Source of the DNA: Antedon mediterranea
Taxonomy: Eukaryota > Animalia > Echinodermata
Assembly (NCBI RefSeq): GCF_964355755.1
Contig: NC_092672.1
Location: forward strand, 930,001-994,000
Direction: 5' to 3'
DNA: 64,000 nucleotides
Shown: in pieces, positions 1-11,600 of the stretch
Position numbering within the stretch: the first letter of the stretch is position 1
Layout of the letters: each line of letters starts with the position of its first letter
Position numbers and translations under genes: made by a program
Notes under the pieces: generated by a model
Databases searched by the model: none
What the model saw: the letters and a program-made list of their open reading frames with translations, nothing else
Told to the model about the DNA's origin: nothing

Positions 1-207
1 TGAAATAAGTCACGGAAAAGGTAACCACGTGTTAGTAGGTCTATAGTCTATATTTATCTATTTACCTATATTATGAGAAACAATCACTGTATCTAGCTTT
101 GTCTTAGATATATGTACGCGCTAGGCGTAAGCTATGACGTTTTTTTGTTAGCCTTTTGTGATTGGTTGCCAAAACAAAGTTTCTAATAATTTGTATTGTA
201 TTTCAAG

Positions 208-1977
208 GTATAGCAAGTGGGTATTTACATTTACAATTAAAAGAAAAAAGAATATTTGCCATGAAAATATTTCGAAGTTTGGGAATGGGTAAATCAACTT
301 TTGAAAATACAATTGTACACGAACTAGAATACCTGAAACGTAAACTGTTAGAAGTTGCTGACACGTCAGTTGAATACGACCCTAAACATATCATCGAGAA
401 CGCCGTTTCAAACATCACATGTGGAATCGTTTTTGGAAAACGTTACAAGTATGACGATCCAAAATTCAAAAGATTTCTAAGTATACTGTACGCAAATTTT
501 GAAATGATTTCCCATTCTGCTGCTCTGAACTTTCTACCAATCTTGAGATATATTCCTGGAAGTGGTTGGAAGACTATATTTAAAAATGTAGATACGTTTA
601 TGAATGAATTCATTAATGTTGAATTGAAAGAGCATACAGAAACAATTGACTTCAACAATCCACGTGACTTTATCGATGAGTTTTTAAAAGCAAAATCTGA
701 ACTGGAGAATGAAGGTGAGAATACAGATGCATTTGACGATGAATCAGCCAAACAAGTTATCTCGGAACTTTTTATCGCTGGAACTGAAACAACCGCAACA
801 ACGTTAAAATGGGTAATTCTGTACTTAGCTCTCTATCCCGATATTCAGGCTAAGGTGTATGAAGACATAATGTCAGTATGTGGAGGAAACAATCCTCCAA
901 CATATAAGGACCAACCAAAACTTGTGTACTCTGAGGCAGTGATGATGGAAGTGACCCGTATCCGACCTATTGCTCCATTAGGTAAATAATTGAGCCTATA
1001 TAATATATGCCTGTAATTACATACCTCGAATATATAATTTTAAAATAATAAATATATACGAACACATTTTATACACACTGTTTTACATACAGGTGTCGCG
1101 CATGCTGTTCTGCACGATACGTACTACCAGGGGCATTTTATAGCAAAAGGTACAACCGTGATACCAAATATGTGGGCAGTGATGCATGACCAAACCACTT
1201 GGCATGAACCAGACAAATTTAAACCAGAAAGATTTATCGATGAAAAATGTAATCTAATCAAAATGGAGGAGTTAATTCCATTCTCAGTTGGTAGGTTATT
1301 TTCAGTATCCACAATTATAGATAGTTTAAGAACGACACAGCGATTGTTCAAAATAATTTCATGTTATGCTCAGTTATCCACGATAAATATACTCAACAAA
1401 AACACCAATTCTACCCACAATTTAAAAGAACCACTAAAAAATAATTAAGTTTAGTTAGTAAAGGGGTTGAACTTTGGCGTGAAATACCTGAGACTCTTAA
1501 GTTACATAAGAATCCTATAACTTTTAGGCCTAAAATAAAATACAAAGATAAATTACTTTTGCAATACTCTGATTAATCTTTTTTTGTTGATAAGAAAAAA
1601 AAAAGATTTCTACTTATAAGCTGTGCTTCAGACATTCCCCCTTTCCATTCTTTCGTTTTGTACAGTAATGAATATTTATATATGTTTATGTTTTTGTTGT
1701 GAATGGAAATAAAGAAACAAAACACTAGAAGAATGTATGTATTTTTTTCCCAGAAAAATATCTAATACAGTGTATACTTATAATTCTCTCCATAGGTCGC
1801 CGTTCCTGCCCGGGAGAACAATTAGCTCGCAAGGAACTATATTTGTTTTTCACACACTTAGTTCATCAGTTCAAGTTTGAATTACCTCCAGACAAGCAGA
1901 AACCAACAACGGAACCACATGTTGGAATAACCTTATCTCCCAAGCCATATCAACTGATAATCACCAACAGAAATTAA
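208..1977 (+). CDS. Cytochrome P450, CYP2 clan; 3' part only (exons 208-981, 1093-1290, 1796-1977), exon 1 lies upstream of the window
   Basis: I-helix AGTETT, K-helix EVTR (ExxR), PERF motif, and heme motif FSVG|RRSCPGEQLA assembled across the 1290/1796 junction. GT-AG introns are in consistent phase; stop TAA at 1975-1977. Confidence 0.95.
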
Positions 1978-2635
1978 ATAATAATAATTATTGACGAGCA
2001 GCATTTGTAAATTTCAATTTAATCTACATTTTACTGGGTTTTTAATTTGTTCTTATTCTTAGTGTTTTACTCTATTTTTAGACACTAATTATAAAATAGT
2101 TTATCCTGTTAGTCTTGTTACACTTTCTGTGATATAAATCAATTAAAATTGATTTTTTAAACATTTTGAACTATCTATCATTTTAATCTTTTAGATTATT
2201 CCGTTTAATTGCATGTGTTATACAATAATATCAAATTATGATTTTGACCAAATAAATAAAAATGAAAACAAACAAAAATATAGGCCTATGCAGTATCGTG
2301 GGCAATACGGTAAGCGTTGTGATTAATGGTACTATATTCCTACATCTAATTTAGGGCTAATTTTCTACCGTTTAATTTAATATTTGGATTGCAGCTGTTC
2401 ACCGACAGCACCCTGTGCTATTATACGTTGTTGCTTGTTTGATTCAGAACAAAAAGCATCATATTTTGTCTAGCTATCTATTTAGATCACGTGGTCTTTG
2501 TATTCTGTGTATCGATATACAACTTTTCCCACCCACCAAGTTCCCTCGCCAAAACTTTCTGCCGCCAGGTTCCTTCGCGCCAAACGCTTGTGCGTGGTTC
2601 GTCTTACGCGCGCGCATCTCTTACGTGATGTTCCT

Positions 2636-5600
2636 TCAACGCGAAACTCCAAATATATCTTCATGATATCGGTCTTCGTCCTTTAAAGAAATGTTTATGT
2701 AAGTTAACTAACAATATAGAAAATGACTAAGGAAATGATTTCATATGCCTATATGCCTACAAATTACTTAAAAAATATTAATTAGTTCTATTCGAGGAAA
2801 TATCAGAGTTATTCAACATTTCTTTGAAGCTGGTTTGTGTAAAGCTCTGTCTACACTATCAAACTTAAAACTAAAAAAATGTGATATGACATCATCATTT
2901 CCATATATGGGCACATCCCATTTTGTTCACATAAAGTTTGATAGTATAGACAGCTTTATAATATTTAAACAAAATATGCCTATATTGTCACACTATGGTA
3001 AACAACGTATATGTAGAAAAATTAATATGGCTAATATGATATTGATATTTCCGATTCTACGTAAAGCTCTGTCCTGTCAAACTTTGACAAAAAAAAGTGT
3101 GATGTGGCTAAATATGGCATAGTGATATGACATCATCATGTCCACATATGAGCACATCACATTTGTTTGTCACATAAAGTTTGATAGTGTAGACGGAGCT
3201 TAAGATGAAGTAAAATAAAAGTAAAAATAATCGTTACCTTTAGTATCTGTAGCATAGCTTCGGCATTTGCTAATGTTGTGCATCCGTGAATTTGTATAAT
3301 GTCCAATAATGTCGTTATTACGCCTCTCGCCATGTTTGTCCCACCACATATGTACACGTGACCTCGCTGCTCGATCATTTTCGTGTATACAGTTAATGAA
3401 TGTTCAAGTAATTCATTTTGTACGTATCGCTATTTTAAGCAAATGTTTACATGTTATATATTAATATGTGTTTTCAATGCTTTCTTTTTAAATTGTTATT
3501 TATTTTTATGTCTTTAGGATGTGGCCAAGGATTACTAATAGTAATCAATAACTGTCCTATCAGATAGGTGGTAATCATCTGATACAACCAGTGAACCAGT
3601 TCACACCAGGGAAACCCCTACTTGTCTCGAATGATGAACTGGGTTCACGGGTTATAACTGTGTACACTGGACCTACGATTCATAGTCCTTACGGTTTATA
3701 AGTCTGTTTGGTGGATGCGAATATCCTCTACTCTTGGTGGGACCCATGGAAGATCAATGACTCGGAAGATCAATGACTCGGAAGAGTCGTTTTCATTGTC
3801 AAATTAAATTTGAGTATCCACTACCCCTAAGTCGTGCATTTGTTTTGTCTTACAGCAATGCCGTAGAGTTTAAATGAAATAGGTGATGTTAAAGTATGTT
3901 GCTTATATTACATTTATTCTAGCAAACCGAAATTGATAACTTTAGTTACAGAAAACCGATATTGTAAATGAATTCCTTTAAAGTGACGTAGTTGCTTCTG
4001 CGGAATAATTGGGGTTTTGTTGTTGAAATTTCCGCATAAACTTAAGGATAAAGCTAAAAAAGGTATTCCTACCTTTTGACCATTTTCTGTCTGTGAAAAT
4101 GCTACATTAACACTTTCTAATACACCTGACTGCAACAGCGCCTTCAATTCATTTTCGTAAACGTAGTCAATAGAGGGATGACGACAGCCATAAAACAAAG
4201 TGAATATAGGTTTCTCTTTCAAACTGGCTTTCATCTGCTGGTGTTGAAAGAAGCCTCGAAATGGCGCAATACCTGCTCCATTCCCAATTAGGATAATAGG
4301 TGCAAACGATTCGGAAGGAAGATGAAAACCTTCGCATCTTAAACACAAAATCAATGACATTAAATAACGCAAAACACTTTTTTGTCAAACTAGTTTGATA
4401 GTGTAGACATAGCTTTAGAAACTTTGATGAAAGAAACAACCATGATTAATTAGCAAAAGAATCTTAAAAAAGTATAACATGATTCTAAAGAAAACAAAAA
4501 CCTGAAAGTGACTCGTTTTATTGTTTTGTAGATTACCTTTTGATAGATAATGGAACGACATCTTCTGCCTTCATTTTTCGAAACCATCCGGAACATAGGC
4601 CATAACTGTGTTTTCCATTCTTAGCTGTTGTTTTTACACCTAAAAATAACAGTAAATTATAAATGTGAAATAAATTCTAATAACTTTTAAAAAAACGATA
4701 GCGTATAGGCCTACATTAATTTGGAAAAAGGAGGTATTAAGCTCTGTCTGCAATATAAAACTAGTTTGACAAAAAAAGTGTGATGTGCCCAAATATGGTA
4801 GTGATATCATCGTGTCCATATATGGGCACATCACATTTTTTTTGTCACATAAAGTTTGATAGTGTAGACAGAGCTTTATGTATCCTTAAAATTCCAAGTT
4901 GGTAAAAAGTCTGTGGAAAAAATTTGAAACCATGTCGGTATTATTGCCGCTCAAGCACTATACTTAAAACTGAAAGATATACTTACCATTAACTTTACCA
5001 CTAGTGAAATGCTGCTGTAAAGCCACTGTTAGGTGAATCTCATTTGCATAGGTCAAAAGGCATGAGCTGACTGAATAGTATCGAGGCCTAATGATAGGAA
5101 ACTTTTCAATGATGAGTTCTGCAGTAATCTTTACGTTGACAAACACGTCTAGGACGTCACATACAGATGGATTTCCAAGTGCATGCAACGTCTCTTTGTA
5201 TAAATCTTGTTCCTAGTTGATAAATCATGAACAATAAACGTTTCAAATATGTGTTTAATGAACAAAGGATCGGATGAGGAAAGATGGAGAACGATTCACG
5301 CTTGTCATTGGTCAACTCACTAGTGGGAACCAAACTTAACGGGCTAGACTCGATAAGTCAATTAGATTTTATAGCTCCTCCTTATGCTACTTTACCAAAA
5401 ATAAGAAAAAGAAAATAATTTTGAATTGAAATGAAGAACACAAAAACACATACGGTAGACAGTCGTTGAAGAATCTGTTTCTCAGCAGAATCTGACGACA
5501 TTAATGCAAAAGTTGTCAGAAGTTCCTGAGTTGGGGGCGCACTTATGTCTATAAAATGTTTCAATGCTGTTCGTACTGAGCAGGGCGGTAACCTGCTGCA

Positions 5601-8600
5601 TTTTCTCCATGATTTACTTGCGTCTAGAATAAAGTAAGAAGGTATATTGCAACGGTCGGTGGATTGTCGAGTTTAAATACAGGAAATGTATACAAGGTAG
5701 TATCAAACTTATTTGTAATCGTGGCACTTGCATTACTAGACCAAACATACATATGCAGTTTGCGTATGTAAATGTAGACTACTGTTTTTTTTTTATTTAT
5801 ACGCTGTGCTTTGAAAATCGTTTAATTTGAAATGTAACCGTAAGATATATGACAACTTCTTTATTTTCTTTGAACGATGAACATTTCAATATGACAATAC
5901 AAAATAAAATTTAAAAATTCTACAAGCAAATGCTTATAAAAAAAGAACCCTATTTAAATACCAATCTCAATAAATAGACTATAAATACCAAGTTTTTCAA
6001 CTTCAATGACGTCATCAAAAGTCCGTGTGTTCATTCTGCCAATAATTTTGTTCACAAGAATTTCATCGTTAGAGGGATAAACGATGACGTGGTCACCTGG
6101 GTCATACAATAAACCAGTTTCTTCAACATGTTCCAATCGAATAAGTAGCGTAGACCGACTGAAGAATAACAAGGTAATGAGAAAATGAGAAAAAATAATA
6201 ATAAATAAATAAGAGAGTCAGTTTTTCTCTGTAAAAGAACAAATAAATTAAAAAATACCACACAACCAAATACAGTAGAGCTAGCAAAACAGAGTTGGAG
6301 GGGCAGTCTTCACATCATCTGAAGTTGGCTCCAATTACGAAGAAGAAGAATCAGCAAATTTCAATGGTTATATCGGTCGGTTGGTTAGTCAGTCGGTCGT
6401 TCGGTAAACACTAACTCAAATTTGCACACGCGACTGGGCCAGCCATGTATATGGCCTTGTTCACTTACAATTAGAAGTCTTGGTTTGGCTAGATTGGTAA
6501 TCATGCTTCAATATTTAACTTTAAAAAAACCTTTGGAACGTCAAAAGAATAGATCTACACTTTTAGGTTTTAGCAGATCTAATTAGTTTGAACATTTACC
6601 TTGACGAATGTGATTGTAATTCTTTTTTTGAATGCAAACGACACGGTACAACCTTCCTCTTGTGTATCGACGAAAGAGAATCTATCAGATTTGGTTCTGA
6701 AGACTGACTTTTGACAACACGATAGTCTTTAGGATCCCATTCCAGTTCTTTCTTTATTTCATCGATTGACTTTAGTAAGATTGTCTGATCATACAAGGAA
6801 TTCTCATTGCAGATAGTCTATAAAATACAAATGATTATTATAAGCTTGAGTTTGGCTTATTTTCAATTTTTTCAAAGTGTCCAATAGGCCTGCTAGTGTT
6901 ATTATCAGAATTACAAACATTTTACTCCGGGATTTAACTCTAGCATACCTGAATCACTTTAAGCGTCCAAATCTGAAAAGACTCCGCCTGTTTGTACAGC
7001 TCATCCCCCTCACCGACTTCAAGTAATTGTTGTGCTCCAAGTTCGATGAGATTGTCGTTAACATCATGGGCAAATTTACAAAAAGTATGGTACGATCGAG
7101 ATCCAAGACCAAACACTGCAAATCTAAATATTAAAAAAGCGCCATCTAACGGCCACACAATGAACCAAATTGTCTGCTATACTTCTAGTTGAAAATTCCT
7201 TACCTGACATTCTTGAAATTCCTTTTACTATCATTTGGGTTGCAATCGTTTCCATTTTGATACGTGACTTTTGTACGTAGCAACGACAATTGGCGACCAA
7301 ATTTCTAAATGAATCAAGATTATAAAAAAAACAACTTGTTATACATACAAAAGATATACAGGCTAAATTATCACGTGAAACAAATACTTACCTACATGTA
7401 AATGAAACATCGTTGCAAAAAAATCACACTAGATACATAAAGCTTGGTTCTCAGTACGACGCAACGCAAAGACGCAGACGTAACACTAACGAGTTGACCG
7501 ATTACAAGCGACAGTTTAAATAATCCATCGCTTGTGATTGGTCAAATCACTTATGTTGCATTACGTCCTGTGTTGCGTCTCTATTGGGAACTAATTCACA
7601 ATACGTTTGCTGCCCTCCCTCTACAGTTTATGAATGTCAATACATACCAGTTATTGTTTTTACCTTTGCATTTTGTGGAGGGTCACCATTTCCAAATGTA
7701 CTTGTGATTATCAGTAAGATATGCTCTCTGCTCAGTCGCGTTGTGTCGTACTGATCCATCGGGTATACCTTAAAGCAGCAAAATACAAGTTTAACGCCTC
7801 CACCCTGGACATTCGCCCAATGAAACATAAAAAGAGTACTATTTATCCGCACATGACGAAAGGTGGAGCTGCTACCGTGCAATTGATCGTTAGACGTAAT
7901 TGCGCTAATAGTTACGTAATTTATATCGGTATGCTTACCTCAACATAAAATAAATTCCGATAGAATTCGGCAAATCTTCGTGCAAATTTTTCAGACTGGC
8001 CTGTCTCTGTTCCGAACAATATACATACCCTTTCACGTTGGGCAAGTGCCTTCATTGTCATGTATTGCACGCACATGATAAAACTGAAATGACAACATTA
8101 GTCAATTGTATTTTTTTTCTTTTCAAATTGTTTAAAATGTTTTTCTTTTCCAGCCTGTGTTTAGGGATCACAGCCTATAACAAAAATTAATGACACAAAG
8201 AAAAGAGAATGTCACATTTTATTTGTAATTGACATTAACTTCAGTGTACATGTCCGAATGGTCAACCATTCATCAGCTTCAACCACGCCACGTCACTTGT
8301 TTTGTCACGTATAGCCAAGAGACGTAAATATGCTTAGTCATATTAACTTTTTTTTTATCACTTTTTAACTTTTTATCATACTCATTCAACAGCGAGTAAC
8401 TCGCCAATTACAGGATGGATAAACTATTTAATAATTTATCGTGCTTATAAACTAAGTCTCATTTGAGGCTTAGGGAGTGGAGTTGAAAGAGTCATGAGTT
8501 ACAACCCTGCACTAGGTCAGGATTGAACCCGGGACCTTGGGATTGGAAGGCAAGCACGTTAACCACCAAGCTACAGCTCCACTACAGCTCCACTATTAAG

Positions 8601-11600
8601 TGTATATTGTTGTACTTTAGTTGATAAAGACGTACTAGGCCCTGAAATGAGATAATAAACATACGCCCTCAACTGTCACTCACATTGTAACTTCTTTCAA
8701 TGTGTATCGCTTCTGTTTAAATTGCAATTTCAATGTTGGATCCTGCCATTCGTGCGACTCAGCAGCATTGTCCTGTAAAAAAATGTGTGAAATTGAACTA
8801 AAAACCGTCGTTCAAAAATTCAGCACGCCATATTCAACAATCATTGCTGTGTTTAGAGACAGTTGAACGAATGCAATTATCTTTTTTTTTTCAATTATTA
8901 CTAGTGTGTTTATACCTGGTAATCAAATGAAGGTTTTAAATGATAATTCGTCATCTCCTGATGAAATACCTTGGTGGCGCTACCAGACAGTGGGGGAACT
9001 ATCCACACCCAGTCAGCTGGACAACCTCCCCTTAGCGTCTGCTCTTGTTTAAAATGTTTCATGAAGGCATCAGACGCTGTATGATGATCCCACAGTGTAA
9101 CGCCAGCTGTCTGAACAGAAAATAGAACAGGTTTAAAATCAGTTTTATGAATGGAGTTTAAATCAATACACTTTCCAGGAAGTTCTATAAATGGAGTTTG
9201 GACTATAATTTTGATTATTTAAGTTATCATATCAATTTTGTTTTTCTTTTTTTGTGTGTAAACCCTTATATTTTGTTTTTCTTCTGTGTTTTCTGTGTAT
9301 TCAGATTTCTATGTTTCATATGACAATACTGTAACGTACGGCGAGAGTCAATAAACTAAACCTAAATCTATTATAAATTATATATTTATAGTAACATTTC
9401 TTCAAACGTCACTCACCTGAAAACTGTAATTAACAGCCAGTGTTGTCTCCACCATTGCTTTGTCCTTCCAAAACGATGAGTTGGTTGACGTATCAAGACA
9501 CATTCGCTTTGCTATTGGCTACCAGTACAGAAACATAACAATGAGAATTTTATAAAAACTCACATAAAATCAATATTCGGATCGAACAGGTTATGCAGAG
9601 AAAAGGAAACTACATCTAATAAATCAATCAATCAAATCCGAAATTTTAAGAGGTCTAATTTAGTTTACTATGTATTGTTATTTTGTTCAAAGTGGGGTCA
9701 AAGTGGGGTCAAAGTGGGGTCAAAGTGGGGTCAAGGTAGATTACCACCGTCTATTTGAACCAAAGGTGTCTATACGTAGCAAATATTATTATTTCTGTAA
9801 TCTAAAGATGTCTACATTTTGACCCTCAGTTGCATGCTGCCATTGTATTTTTTGTACGGGTGATTGCATGATAATAAAGAATACGAAGTAACTGTTTTAC
9901 GAGAATAACAAGGTGTTTCTACGTAACAAAAAAATATTAGTTTTGTAATCTACAGACGTACAATGATATTTTGATATAATAAGTATACATACCTCTAACA
10001 TATTGTACCGTTGTGGATCACAAATATCGCGTGTACCTATCTCTGTTACCATGTACCAGCCGCTGAATGGTGCGGCTGGAAATTGAATTCCACCGCAATC
10101 GAATACCATATCAGACACTGCTGGTACGGCGTACCACTGAAGGCCTAGTTCATTAAACCATTCATATCTAGAGAAAATAGAAACAGATACACAATTGCGT
10201 AAAGTAAAATTTGGGAACCAAGCTTTAAAGCAAATAATACCATCTTTAGAACTTACGTTGGATGTGATATTGATACTTGCAAAACTAAATTCGAAGGTAT
10301 CTCAAAAACGTCTGGATCATTTCCATTTGTTGATAACACTAATGGAAGAATATCAAACATCCCTCTCTTTCCTTTCCATCCAAGTAATTGGCAAAGCTGA
10401 AACAAGATAAGATTTTATAATTTAGCACGTACAGTTGTTTCTCAATTATATATTATGAGAAGAATACACACGTCTATGAAAATATTTGGATTGCGCCAAG
10501 ATGTGAGACCACGACAATGGTATTTGTAGGCTAGCATGGTAACCACCACGCACGTTAGATCAACTGTGCGTATGCACATAATGACGCGAAAAATGAGCAA
10601 CCTCTAGGAGCTGGGCTGGTCGATACGCGCACAAAGTAGATGAGTAGACTTACACGAACATTGGAATGCGAATGTCAATGTTATGTTAACATGAACCCAG
10701 TTACCTCTAAAGTACACATACTTTTGTAAATTCAACATTTACTGGATCACCGATGGTCGTTCCGTCTTCCCTGATATACCCGGCATACCGTATCAACTGC
10801 GAGTTCCATATACGGCAATTCTTTTGTCCTGGTTGTCTTGCTGGGAATATTGTCATGGCCGATCTAGCAACAAACAATTAATTAACACATAGATTAGAAT
10901 AATAAGACATTTTAGTGTCTAAATAACGCCAAACGTTTTTGCGCGCCCGTAAAAGGGTGTAATATCACTGAGTCACATCTCAATCGTACATATTCGTCAA
11001 TAATAGGCTCAAATTACCTAATTTTTCCTTTATTCGTAGCAAATTCCAAGTGTCTACAAATGGCTTCAAACATGTCTTTTGTTGATGAAATATTACGGCA
11101 ATCATATACTTCTAGAGTGTTCCACTGTTGTCTTCCAATGCATCTAGGTGCGTTTCGCCAAGCTAACTTGGCGCCAAATACGAGTTCTTGGCGGGAAAGT
11201 TCATAATGACCCGTTTTTGTAATAGATTCTTCAACACACTTTATTCGAGCCAAGTGCAAATCTGTTCCATTTCTAAGATAGAAAGATAGTAACGGTACGA
11301 ATAAACACGAGGTGCAGTGCATATTATACGAATAGTTACTTACTATATTATAATATAGTCACAAGTAAAGTATTTATTTTACGTTTTGCATCATTTTTAC
11401 ATTGTATGAAATATTTAAATCTAAATGTTTTCCCTCGTACAATGTGTTTGATATTAAAAAATCTTAATCGTATCCCGTAACTTCTTTGCTATATCTAAAT
11501 AAATGAATAATTATTTTTAATCAATTTCAATTCAGAATGATAACTTGTAAATTGTAGGCGGTATTCATTCATTGTATTTATATCCATTTTGTCATCGTGC

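Noticed and set aside
8500-8580. Possible tRNA gene
   Set aside because: A and B boxes are present but the cloverleaf stems do not pair; better explained as a SINE head.
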